Positions 1-11,215 are shown, counted from the stretch's first letter. The stretch: 64,000 bases of DNA from Torpedo marmorata (GCA_977017645.1 OZ360222.1:209374001-209438000); one strand, 5' to 3'. Notes: generated by a model from the letters alone, not told the origin. Numbers and translations are program-made.

Positions 1-561
1 GCTCCCTTTGTGGCTTTCTCTACATCGGAGAGACCGGTCGTAGATTGGGAGATCGCTTTGCTGAGCACCTCCTCTCCGTCCGCAACAACAGCGACCTCCC
101 AGTAGCCAACCATTTCAATTCCGGGTCACACTCCCACACTCACATATCTGTCCATGGCCTTATGTACTATCCCACCCAGACTACCCGCAAATTGGAGGAA
201 CAACATCTCATTTTCCGTCTGGGCACTCTCCAGCCAGATGGCATTAACATTGACTTTTCTGCTTTCCACTAAACCTGCTTGTCTTTTCCTTCCCCTCCCC
301 CCTCACCTGTCCTTCCTGTTTTTTTCCACCCACCCAGCCATCCCTCCTCCCCCTCTTTGCTGCTGTCCCCTCCCTCCTTTCTCCACCTATCATCTCCTGA
401 CTTTGCCACCCCCCCTTCCCCCCCTCACTCTTTTGTTTGGACGTCTGCCGGCGTACTTTGATGAAGGGCTCAAGCCCGAAACGTCGGTTATGTATATCTA
501 CCTTTGCTACATAAAAGACACTGTTTGACCTGCTGAGTTTCTCCAGTATTTGTGTTTTTTA
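1..561 (+). mobile_element. Penelope-like retroelement (PLE), 3' fragment: GIY-YIG endonuclease C-terminus and 3' tail; runs off the window start
   Basis: Frame reads CGFLYIGETGRRLGDRFAEH...VANHFN...RKLEEQHLIFRLGTLQPDGIN, stop at 272. A pyrimidine-rich tail follows, near-identical to the copies at 1734-2349 and 7667-9089. Confidence 0.92.
452..492 (+). ncRNA. Minimal type I hammerhead ribozyme motif in PLE tail (copy 1)
   Basis: TTGATGA(458-464)-A-GGGC-TCAA-GCCC-GAAA-CGTC(485): CUGANGA-like box, stem II, GAAA box, palindromic ACGT stem III, GUC cleavage triplet. Confidence 0.75.
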
Positions 562-668
562 CAATACTCTAAATGTGGTCTCACCAGAAATTTGTGGAGT
601 TGCAACATGACCTCTCGACTCTTGAACTCAATCCCCCTATTAATGAAGTACAACATCCCATAGGCCTT
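562..668 (-). mobile_element. CR1 LINE ORF2 fragment, 3' part of the CR1 split by the L1 insertion
   Basis: Minus strand resembles the CR1 AYGMLYFINRGIEFKSREVMLQL...LVRPHLEYC region and is collinear with 9955-10604 across the TSD. Confidence 0.85.
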
Positions 669-1733
669 TTTTTTAATTTAAATTTTATTGAGTTCTTTAA
701 AAAAAAGTTTCTCCAAACCCTTGAGTCATTGTTAAAGTTATGTAAATCATAAGTTACAAAACATAAACTTATCCATAAAATATAAACAAACATGGCAGCA
801 AAAAATATCAATATAATAACCATATGTGTCTACTTAGACCTCTAATAACAGAAAAAAAATGCTGTTCATTAATATGCTTCACCACAACATCCACCACTAT
901 TCCCCCCCCCCACCTAGGAAACCTAGATATTTGCCCCATTTTTGTCCAATTTATCAAACTGTTTGTAAGACATGCATTCAAACGCTGCCACTTTGGCCAT
1001 TTCTGAGGCTCACTTCTGAAATGATGGTTCCCCCCAAATTCTTCCAACCTCTAAGTATAATTTGTCTTCCTACCATTATACTTGTCTGAATCCAATTTTG
1101 AGAGTATTTATCCCCAAATAACTCAAGTGTGTCTCCCAAGACAAAGAGTCTGGGGCAAAAAGGAATTTGAATGCCTGAAACTTCACCAATATTCTTATGT
1201 ATCATAATCCAAAATTCTTGAATTCTGGGACAAGACCAAAGCGCATGTACTAAGTCCCCTTTATCCACCTCACAGCGCCAGCATTCAGTGGTATTTTTCA
1301 ACCCTAATCTATATAACCTGGCTGGAGTCCAATAAAAACAGTGCATATTCTTAAACTGAATTAGGCGCACTCTCAGGTCTCTTGACATTATTTTGATATT
1401 TTTACAAATTTTGTCCCATTCTTCCATCTCAAAAACAACACTCAGGTCTATTTCCCATGCTCTTTTAAGACCCAACAGAAGTTTATCCCCTAAGATTCGT
1501 ATTAAGGCTGAATAATAAAATGAGGCTTTGTGACCTTTGCCATATGCAGCCAGTACAGTAGACAGTATCGTAGCAACTTGTGGGGGTTGCTGTGTAGAAC
1601 CAAAAGTTGTGTGTAGCATATGACACAGTTGAAGATATCTCCAAAATTGAGACCTAAAGATATCATACTGTTGGATTAGTTGATTAAAAGATTTTAAACT
1701 GCCACCATTATAAAGGTCTCCTAATTTAATTAT

Positions 1734-2349
1734 GAAAATCTGTAGACAAAGGGAGCATCCGGTGCTCCCTTTGTGGCGTTCTCTACATCGGAGAGACTGG
1801 TCGCAGATTTGGAGATTGCTTCGCCGAGCACCTCGTCTTCGTCCGCAACCACAGCGACCTCCCAGTAGCCAAACATTTCAATTCTGGGTCACACTCCCAC
1901 ACTCACATGTCTGTCCATGGCCTTTTGTACTATCCTACCCTGACCACCCGCAGATTGAAGGAACAACACCTTATCTTCTGTCTGGGCACTCTCCAGCCAA
2001 ATGGCATTAACATTGATTTCTCTGCCTTCTACTAAACTTGCTTGCCATTTCTTTCCCCTCCCCTTTTCCTGTCTTTCCAGGTTTCCCCTCCCTTCTCCCT
2101 TACCCACCCAGCTATCCCTCCTCCCCCTCATTACTGCTGTCCCCTCCCTCCCCTCATCCACCTATCATCTCCTGCCTTTGCCAACCACCCCCCTCACCCC
2201 TCCCCTTTTGTTCGGATGCCTGCCGGCATTCTCTCATACCTTGATGAAGGGCTCAGGCCTGAAACGTTGGTTATGTATTTCTACCTTTGCAACATAAAGG
2301 ACACTGTTTGACCTGCTGATCTTCTCCAGCATTTTGTGTTTTTTACTTA
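1734..2349 (+). mobile_element. 5'-truncated PLE inserted in L1 ORF2
   Basis: Degenerate GIY-YIG C-terminus plus the same tail as copy 1. Flanked by TCCTAATTTAATTAT (1719-1733) and TCCCAATTTAATTAT (2350-2364). Removing it restores the L1 frame GIIKLG-DLYNGG. Confidence 0.9.
2235..2275 (+). ncRNA. Minimal hammerhead ribozyme motif in PLE tail (copy 2, GUU at cleavage site)
   Basis: CATACC-TTGATGA-A-GGGC-TCAG-GCCT-GAAA-CGTT-GGTTATG; stem I CATACC/GGT(T)ATG. Confidence 0.65.
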
Positions 2350-4459
2350 TCCCAATTTAATTATACCTTTCCCTTGCCATTCCCTCCAGAAAAAAGGAGA
2401 CTTATCAATACACAACTTTGGATTCATCCAAATACTCGAGGCTTCATTCAAATATGAATTAAATTTAAATAATCTGGCTAATTTATTCCAGAACAAATGC
2501 ATATGCGATGTAATTGGGTGAGATCTTGCCTCAGGAGGTAACTTGATAGACAAACATTGTAATAGAGGGATAGGAGGAAGAGCAGAACACTCAATATGAT
2601 ACCAAGGAGGAGTTCTCTCCGGAGGGAGAGACCAATGTGCTAAATGCTTAAGAGTAAAAGCATAATAATAGTACATTAACTTTGGCAAACTTACCCCCCT
2701 CCCCTTTCAACTGGCAATTGTAATTTATCAAGTTTCAAGCATGAGCATTTACCATTCCAAATAAAAGCCTTAATTATTTTATCAAATTGCTTAAAATATG
2801 TTAATGGGATTTGCACTGGTAACAATTGAAACAGGTAATTAACCTTTGGAATACTATTCATCTTCAAGGCATTTACTTTTCCCGACATTGACAAATACAA
2901 TGATGACCATCTATCTACATCACATGAAATTTTCTGCAATAATGGATCAAAATTTACCTTTACTAAATCCTCCAGTTGGGGGGGAAAAATTTATACCTAA
3001 ATATCGTATTGGAATTAGGGAAATTGGTCTATAATTCTTACATTCACACGGGTCTTTACCCTCTTTCAGAATCAATGTAATTAGCGCTTGTGATAAAGTA
3101 GGGGGTAAATTACCCTGCTCTTCAGACTCATTATACATATTCAACAGTAGTGGGGCTAGCTCCTCCGCATAGCATTTAAAAAATTCTGCAGTAAATCCAT
3201 CTGGACCAGGAGCTTTCCCAGTAGGTAACATCTTAATCACTGATATAATTTCTTCCAATGTTATAGCGGAATCAAGGTATTGTTGTTCTTTCGTCAATTT
3301 AGGTAACCCTAATGGCCTCAGTAAACTATCAATTTCATCCTCACTAGAGTTGGAGGTAGACGTATGTAGGTCCTTATAAAACTCTTGAAATGCATCATTA
3401 ATATCTTTAGGTGTCGTCAAAATATCACCAGTTGCTGATCTAATAACTGGGATGATACGCATTGATTCTCTCTTTTTTATACACCTTGCCAGAAGCTTGC
3501 CAGCTTTCTCCCCCGATTCAAATTGCCTTTGTCTTGCCCTAAAAAGCCAAAATTCTACTTTCTGGGATAATATTAGATTGTATTGATATTTCAGCCATGT
3601 TAATTCTCTCAAGTCTTTGGATAACATCTGCTGCTTCAATTTTGTCTCACTCTCTTAGATTTTATTTTCTAAATTTGTAATTTTCTGATTATTCTGTTTT
3701 TGTTATATAAGAAGTATGTTGAATAGTATATCCCCTCAGAACTGCCTTCAGGGCTTCCCAATTAATCCCTGCCGAAGAGGCCGTAGGTGTATTTAACTCT
3801 AAATACTCCTTGATTTGTTGTCTCATAGCTTGCCTAAATATTGAATCTTGTAACAAGGATGAATTAAATCTCCATCTATGTGACTGCATTCTCTTATATA
3901 CTGAGGTATTGTCTCTCGACAAACCCAAACATGATCTGATATTATAATATTACCAATTGCACATTGAAACACCGACTGTAAGTGACTTAGATATAAGAAA
4001 TAAATCAATCCTTGCATATGTTTTATGAACTGCAGAAAGAAAAGTGTAATCCCTCCCACTGGGATTCATAAGGCTCCAAACATCTACAAGCCCGAGGGCC
4101 TTACACATTTTTTGTACCATCACAGTGGGCTTTGAGGTTCTAGATAATATTTTACTACGGTCAATGATTGGATCCATTACCAAATTAAAATCTCCCCCAA
4201 GTATGATGTCATAAGCTCCAATAGAGTGTAGTTTTCTTTCAAGATCCACAAAAAGCCTGCATCTTCTATATTAGGTGCATATATGTTTGCTAAAATAATA
4301 TGTTGCTTCTGTATTTCTGCCAAAATAATAAGAATTCTCCCTGCTTCATCTTTGATTTGTTTCTCACATCTAAACTGCAGCTGTCTATTGATAAATGTTA
4401 TAACACCCCTGCTCTTAGTTGACCCTGCACTGTAAAAAAAACATGATCTGTAAAACCAC

Positions 4460-5524
4460 TGTTACGTACCAGACAGCAGCAATAGAAATTAGCCCAGGCA
4501 GTGTTATATTTAAAATAATATTTTTAATTATTAATTAACAATGATATAACACCTTAACTAATTTATCTAAACTTATCTAAACTTATCCCCCAACTATGCT
4601 TGTGTGTGTGGAATACCCCAAGCCACTACAGCTCAAGGCACAATTCTCGAAAGGCAGTTCAAAGTTCAGTCTCAGAAAATCCCAATGCTGACACGCAGGT
4701 TTTAAATCGATGCGACACGTAGGCTTTAGATGGATGCGACAGAAGTTCACGAAGTAGGTGAGAGAGAGACCGGGGTGACAGAGTGTTTATAAACTCACAA
4801 AATCCTTGTTGAGGTGCTTCCAGACCAATGTCTTTTTCAGACAAGTGGCAACCAAAACTCCCCTCTTCCTTGGCGTAGGGGACACGAAGCGAGTGATCTT
4901 CACAAAGCTTCCAGAAATCCTTTCCGTGGGTCAGCCGTTCCAAGTGACACTCACAATGGTCACAATCAAAACGCAGTATTTCTCTGCTTCCAGAACCCTT
5001 TTCCGTGGGTCAGCCGATCAAAGTGACCTTCACTTTTTGGTCACAGAGTGGTATTCTCATTCCCCTCTAACATGGAGAAATCTGACACTGTCTATCACCA
5101 CGCGAGGCCACATTCAGCACAGTATCCCTTCAAAGGATGCTTCTCCAAGTGCTGTCTCCCTAAAATGGCCACTACTCATTCCCGTATAACATGGGGAAAT
5201 CAGACAGATTGTCTATAACCACACACGAGGTCACTTCAGTACTATATTACTTCCAAGAGCTCTGCTCCACAGCACTGCCTCCTCAAAATGGCCCCTGAGC
5301 AAACTGTGTACTCAGTCTTGAATCTGTTGGTCACATGGTCTCTGCACCTGGGTTTTACAGGGCCCCTTCTTCTCCAGGTGTATCCAATTTAGGAACACGC
5401 TGTCCTCGGCCTGCTGTCAGTTCACAGTCACTCTCCAGAGCCTGCAGGGTTTTGTTAAATGTGTTCTCTTAAAGTGACAGACACACACAAATGAAAATGA
5501 ACTGAAAAATGGGAGCACGTAATA
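4460..5524 (-). repeat. 3' LTR (~1065 bp) of a Gypsy element
   Basis: Ends TGTTACGT...ACGTAATA (imperfect terminal inverted repeat). Polypurine tract GGTGGGAGG on the minus strand at 5525-5533. Confidence 0.8.
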
Positions 5525-7660
5525 CCTCCCACCAACAAAGAAAATTTTGAGCTCTAAGAGCAAAGTTTTAACTGAAACCTACAATGTTTGAAATAATACA
5601 TTCACTATTTACATGACATAATACAGACAAATCTAACATTTTTCAGTAATGCTGCGAACTTAACATCTTGAAAGGCAATCAGCAAAAATTTTACAGAACT
5701 TTCTGTAATACCCAACCATTCCCAAAAACTTCCTAATAGCTTTCTTACCTGTGGGTATAGGAAACTCAGAAATCGTCTGAACTTTCGCCTGAACAGGCGC
5801 CAACTTGCCCTGACCAACAACATAACCATGATAAGTCACAGTAGCATGGCCAAATTCACTTTTAGCTAAATTGACAGTAAGGTTTGCTTTTGAAAGTTTG
5901 TCAAACAATTTCTCTAACTCAGAGATATGTGCTTCCCATGTGTCATTTCCTATAACCAAATCATCAATATAAGCATCCGTATGCTCTAAACCTTGAGTTA
6001 TAGAATTAATCATTCTTTGGAATGTCCCTGGAGCATTCTTCATTCCAAATGGCAAAACATTATTTTCATATAAACCTGACGAGGTCACAAACGCAGAAAT
6101 TTCCCTACCTCTCTTTCTGTTTAGGGAACACACCAATAACCTTTCAATAAGTCCATCTTTGTAAGAATCTTAGCCTTTCCAACCTTGTCCACACAATCAT
6201 CCACCCTAGGGAGAGGATAAGCACCTGTCTTTGTTTCATCAATGACTGGCTTGGCAGTCAACTGCACCGCAGGGACAACTTTACCCTCTGCAAGGTCATT
6301 TTCTAATAGCAATGAGACCCCCTCTACTGGTAAACCTGATCGGATCCCTATCGCAACAGGTCCATTAACTAATTCTGATTCCAATATTATACTGTGCAGA
6401 GGTATCGACTCTGGGTCACCCCCCAAACCTCGAACCAAATTTAGGTCACCCGTGGCAGTCTCATCGCCAAACTCCAAAACACTGTCCAACATGAGTGATG
6501 GGGCAGCCCCAGTATCTCGAAGGATTTCCACTGTCACTTGTGGTGACCCATCCTCCAATGAAACCAAACCCTCGGACACAAAATTTTTGAACTATTAATA
6601 TTACCAGCAGGTCTGGAACTCTCTTGGTTTCCATGTTTTCCAACTTTTTGAATACAGGCAACTGGCGCTGCCTCCCTTTCTCTCTTTTTCCTCAACACGG
6701 GACAATATGCTATCACATGACTAGGTTTCTTACAATAGTAGCAAAGGGGACCCGAAGGCTTTTCCTTTACTTGCTTTACTTCATCTTTACCCCGAGCACT
6801 ACTTCCCGATTTGTTTTCTAACATGTGGATATTCCACATAAACACTCTGGAGGTTTTACTTGGCACAAATTCAACCCTTTGGAAGGCTCCACTTGGCACC
6901 AACTCAACCCTGTGGGTTAAAGCACACTCATCTGCTATCTTAGCAGATTCCTGCCAAGTTTCCATTTCTCTTTCAAACTGTCTTTGCCTCTCAGCTTTCT
7001 CCCTTCTAAGTTTTCCTTATTCTAGCTGCCTTTGTCTCTTGGCTTCCTCCCATTGCTTTTGGGCTTCCTCCCTCCGCTTCTGGGCTTCCTCAGCCTCAAA
7101 TCTCCTTTGCTTCTCTTCAAACCTAAGTTTTTCTCGCTCAAACTCCAATCAAAGTTTTGCTAATTCAATTTGTTCCCCTTGTGACTGCTGCTCACGGGAT
7201 TCACTCTGGAGAAATTGTTTTACCTTCTCCTCTCCAAACTTCCCTACTGATTCCTCTGCTGATAAATGTGTTTCCTGTAGAAATACCACATCCCATTTTT
7301 GTCTCTTAAGCTTATTCATTACTTTTCTCTTTTTTATAGGATTCCCTTAGTCCGTTAACATTCCATGTGGTGAAACATATTTTGTCTAAATTAAGAGAAG
7401 TCATAATTAAGACAAACAAACAAATACATCACAATATTTTGACACTGACTCATCAATCCCCATTTAAATGGAAAAGTAACAAAATGGCACATAAATCTCT
7501 CCCGCACACCACAGTGGCCACAAAACACGGCCAAACGATCCTTCCACAAAGGATTATGGTCCATGAACACCCCGACCAGTTAACTGCACAGAAACGATGC
7601 CGGTGCAATTTTAGAGTCAACATAGCACACTTAACAGCATGTCAGCCCTAGTGAGGATAA
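4460..7660 (-). mobile_element. Gypsy/Ty3 LTR retrotransposon, internally deleted, 5' LTR missing
   Basis: Gag coiled coil and CCHC knuckle CYYCKKPSHVIAYC; protease LRDTGA; RT motifs YPLPRVDD, DLLKGYW, LPFGMKNAP, YIDD, FLGMVGYYRKF. No integrase before the PPT. Confidence 0.9.
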
Positions 7661-7737
7661 GGTAGTAGTAAAAAACACAAATGCTGGAGAAACTCAGCAG
7701 GTCAAACAGTGTCTTTTATGTAGCAAAGGTAGAAATA

Positions 7738-7778
7738 CATAACCGACGTTTCGGGCTTGAGCCCTTCATCAAAGTATG
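7738..7778 (-). ncRNA. Minimal hammerhead ribozyme motif in PLE tail (copy 3)
   Basis: Minus strand: CATACT-TTGATGA-A-GGGC-TCAA-GCCC-GAAA-CGTC-GGTTATG. Confidence 0.75.
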
Positions 7779-7964
7779 AGAAAATGCCGGCAGGCGTCCA
7801 AACAAAAGAGTGAGGTGGGAAGGGGGGGTGGCAAAGGCAGGAGATGATAGGTGGAGAAAGGAGGGAAGGGACAGCAGCAAAGAGGGGGAGGAGGGATGGC
7901 TGGGTGGGTGGGAAAAAACAGGAAGGACAGGTGAGGGGGAAGGGGAAGGAAACGACAAGCAGGT

Positions 7965-9086
7965 TTAGTGGAAAGCAGAAAAGTCAATGTTAATGCCATC
8001 TGGCTGGAGAATGCCGAGACGGAAAATGAGATGTTGTTCCTCCAATTTGCGGATAGTCTGGGTGGGATAGTACATAAGGCCATGGACAGACATGTGAGTG
8101 TGGAAGTGTGACCCGGAATTGAAATGGTTGGCTAGTGGGAGGTCGCTGTTGTTGCAGGCGGAGAGGAGGTGTTCAGTAAAGCGATCTCCCAATCTACGAC
8201 AGGTCTCTCCAATGTAGAGAAAGCAACAGAGGGAGCACCGGATGCAGTAAGTAAGTTCTCTGGATGTACAAGTGAAGTGTAGTTTCACTTGGATGTCCTG
8301 TTTGGGGCCCTGGACCGTGGTGAGGGGGGAGGTGTGGGCGCAGGTGTTGCACCTCCTGCGGGCACAGGGGAAGGTGCCGGGGGTGCGATGGGTGGGGAGG
8401 GATGAGTGCACAAATGAATCGCGGAGGGAGCTGTCCCTACAGAAGGCCGAGAGGGGAGGAGAAGGAAAACTGTGTCTGGTGGTGGGATCCTGTAGTAAGT
8501 GCCGGAAATTCCGGCGGATAATGTGTTGGATGCGGAGGCTGGTGGGGTGGTAGGTGAGGATGAGGGGGATTTTTTGTTTGTTGTGTCTGGGGGCAGAGGG
8601 GGCCAGGGCAGATGAGCGGAAAATGGAGGAGATGCGGGTGAGGGCTGAGTTGATGGTGGTGGAGGGGAAGCCACGTTTGTGGAAAAAGGCAGACATTTCA
8701 GAAGATCTGGACTGGAAGACCTCATCTTGGGAACAGATGCGGCGGAGACGGAGAAATTGAGAGAAGGGGATGGAATCCTTGCAGGGGACAGGGTGTGAGG
8801 AAGTGTAGTCCAGATAGTTGTGGGAGTTGGAGGGTTTGCAGTAAATGTCGGTGGAAAGCTTGTCTCCTGAGATGGAGACCGAGAGATCCAGGAAGGGGAG
8901 AGTGTTATCGGAGATGGACCAGGTTAGTTTGAGATCGTGGTGGAAGTTGGATGCGAAGTGGATGAAGTTGACAAGCTCATCGCGTGTGCATGAGGCAGCC
9001 CCGATGTAGTCATCGATATAACGGAGGAAGAGATGAGGGGTCTTGCCTGTGTAGGCTTGCAGCATGGATTGCTCCACAAAGCCCAC
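7965..9086 (-). CDS. Partial PLE polyprotein (RT plus GIY-YIG endonuclease), 373 codons open
   Basis: FLRYIDD, LPFLDL, SQFLRLRRICS, PLILTYHP, C..RRCNTC, TYCIRC..C.FLYIGET. 5'-truncated, so unlikely to be a functional gene. Confidence 0.8.
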   Translation of the reverse strand: MGFVEQSMLQAYTGKTPHLFLRYIDDYIGAASCTRDELVNFIHFASNFHHDLKLTWSISDNTLPFLDLSVSISGDKLSTDIYCKPSNSHNYLDYTSSHPVPCKDSIPFSQFLRLRRICSQDEVFQSRSSEMSAFFHKRGFPSTTINSALTRISSIFRSSALAPSAPRHNKQKIPLILTYHPTSLRIQHIIRRNFRHLLQDPTTRHSFPSPPLSAFCRDSSLRDSFVHSSLPTHRTPGTFPCARRRCNTCAHTSPLTTVQGPKQDIQVKLHFTCTSRELTYCIRCSLCCFLYIGETCRRLGDRFTEHLLSACNNSDLPLANHFNSGSHFHTHMSVHGLMYYPTQTIRKLEEQHLIFRLGILQPDGINIDFSAFH

Positions 9087-9139
9087 AATCAGGTAGCCTG
9101 GACCCCGGCCGCCGTCTCACCGGAGCTCCCAACGCGACG

Positions 9140-9329
9140 ACCACGATCTCAAACTCACCTGGTCCATCTCTGATAACACTCCCCCCTTCCTGAATCTCTC
9201 TGTCTCCATCTCAGGAGACAAGTTTCCACCGACATTTACAACAAACCCTCCAACTCCCACAATTATCTGGACTACACTTCCTCACACCCTGTCCCCTGCA
9301 AGGATTCCATCCCCTTCTCTCAATTTCTC
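9140..9329 (+). repeat. Inverted duplicate of PLE RT segment 8751-8941
   Basis: CCACGATCTCAAAC...CCCCTTCTCTCAATTTCTC is the reverse complement of 8751-8941 with a few differences. Confidence 0.9.
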
Positions 9330-9816
9330 TCCCAATCGCCGACAAGCTCCGAGACTAGTTTATCCATGAACGTGATGATATCCTGCTCCTCCTTTCCCTC
9401 TTGAATGCCGATGAATCGGAGATGGTTGTGTCGATTACAGTTCTCCAAGTCCTCCAATTTATCTGTTAGCTGTTCAATATCCACTTTGGTAACCAATGGG
9501 TTAACTTTTCGTTCACTATCCACCCATTCTAGATAGTGAACGCGCTTCTCGACCTCTGCAAGCCTATTTATCAGCGATGACAACTTTGACTCCACTGACC
9601 ATATAGAACAGTGTATATCTTCAAGGCCTACCAGGTCGTCTGAGATTTTTTTCAAAGCCACATTTATATGCCAACAAAGTCATGATTTGCCTCCTTCTGC
9701 ACTCCCCCAGACGATGGCCCTCCGAAATTTTGATCCAACGCCTCCTGCCAGCAGCACTGTGACTTCAAATGTCTCTTAATATCTCCTGAAGCCGTCACCT
9801 TAAGTTGTTTTGACAT
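9330..9816 (-). pseudogene. L1 ORF1p N-terminal half (coiled coil plus start of RRM)
   Basis: RLAEVEKRV...KLEDLENCNRHNHLRFIGIQEG matches the L1 ORF1 LEDLENRSRRNNLRIIGIPEG pattern; likely ATG at 9816. Confidence 0.85.
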
Positions 9817-9954
9817 CTTACATGAACAGTAACACTTTAGAGCTGCAACCGTAATAATATAGACTGTAACAGTGAATTTTTAAAGGATAATTATATACCA
9901 CCAGCGTGGAGCATTGTTCTAAGCAGCCATCTCAGCCATTGCATCACGTGACTC

Positions 9955-10604
9955 TCCCATAGGCCTTCTTAACTATCCTATCAACCTGTGCACCGATCTT
10001 TAGGGATGTATGGATTTGAACCCCAAGGTCCCTCTGTTCATCCACACTCTTAAGTTACCGACCATTAACCCTGTACTCAGCCTTCTGGTTTGTCCTTCCA
10101 AAATGCATCACCTCACACTTATCCGGATTGAACTCCATCTGCCACTTTTCCGCCCAACTCTGCATCCTGTCTATATCCTTTTGTAACCTACGACAAACTT
10201 CAGCTCCATCCACAACTCCTCCAACCTTCGTATCATCCGCAAACTTACTGACCCATTCTTCCACCTCTTCATCCAGGTCATTTATAAAAATCACAAAGAG
10301 CAGTGGTCCCAGAACAGATCGCTGCAGAACTCCACTAGTCACTAACCTCTAGGCAGAATACTTTCCTTCCACCACTACTCTCTGTTTTCTACACGCAAGC
10401 CAATTTTTTATCCACACAGCCAAGGTTCCGTGGATCCCATGCCTCATGACTTTCTGGATGAGTCTCTCATGGGGGACCTTGTCAAATGCCTTACTAAAAT
10501 CTATATAGACCACATCTACCACCCTATCCTCACCAATTTCTTTTGTTACCTCCTCAAAAAACTCAATTAGGCTCATGAGGTACGACCTTCCCTTCACAAA
10601 GCCA
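9955..10604 (-). mobile_element. CR1 LINE RT fragment (host of the L1 insertion)
   Basis: GFVKGRS, YIDFSKAFDKVPH, SVLGPLLFVIFINDL, KFADDTK, WQMEFNPDKCEVMHFG. Confidence 0.92.
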
Positions 10605-11215
10605 AAATAGAATGGGCTAGGATAACATTGATGTGAAGATTGGTGCTTGATGAGCAATGAGGACTCAATGAGGCAAGGGGATTGTGTGTGTGCAGGGTTA
10701 GGAATGAGATGACACTGAAAGCTTCATATTAGCATCAACAACTTGCTCACATCCTCGGCTTTAATGGTCACTGCTATGGAACCTGCATCAGAGTACTCCC
10801 TTCATTGATCGTAGTTTTGTCAGATGCATCAGCCTGAGTTGCATGTTATGATCAATGGTGTTGCAATCTACACATGAGACCACGTGCAGCATGGGGCTCA
10901 ATTGGACCTGAACACAGGACAGTATCATGTTCCCATTCCCCCTCCTCCATGGCAGTCTCTTCTGCTGTTACTGATGATGGCATGACGGATATTGTTTAAC
11001 TCTGACTTACTTCCCAGTGGCCAGAAGGACAATAATGCACCGGTTCCAAGCCTTGTATGCTGCTCCCTCAGAAAATGCACATGTCCCAGATTAAAGCATG
11101 ATTCTGTGAAAAATACTACAGATTTCCACTCAATTTCATGAATCCTTGTGAGAGATCCAAGTAGTCATTGTTGCTACATGCAGCAGATGTATTATGCACC
11201 AGAGTGAAATCCAAC

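Larger units (their letters stand above)
860..4459 (-). pseudogene. L1 ORF2 remnant (APE endonuclease, RT, C-terminal zinc finger), frameshifted and with deletions
   Basis: Motifs IILGGDFN, ARIDLFL, WRFNSSLL, KAPGPDGFTAEF, NYRPISL, LQLPVERGG, CWRC..GDLVHALWSC. Confidence 0.9.
7667..9089 (-). mobile_element. PLE, 5'-truncated, with RT C-terminal half, GIY-YIG domain and 3' tail
   Basis: ORF 7965-9086 plus a tail matching the other PLE copies. Confidence 0.93.
669..9954 (-). mobile_element. L1-clade LINE, originally full length, interrupted by PLE and Gypsy insertions and internally deleted
   Basis: TSD TCCCATAGGCCTT at 656-668 and 9955-9967; AATAAA plus poly(A) on the minus strand at ~669-686; ORF2 remnants at 860-4459; ORF1 remnant at 9330-9816. 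Confidence 0.9.

Noticed and set aside
154-528. Pro/Leu-rich ORFs over the PLE tails (also 2001-2311 and 7716-8083)
   Set aside because: Low-complexity translations of the pyrimidine-rich 3' UTR, not real proteins.
6811-7350. 179-aa plus-strand ORF
   Set aside because: Antisense shadow of the Gypsy gag coiled-coil region.
10605-11215. Possible Harbinger-like relic
   Set aside because: Composition is suggestive but I found no convincing motif.
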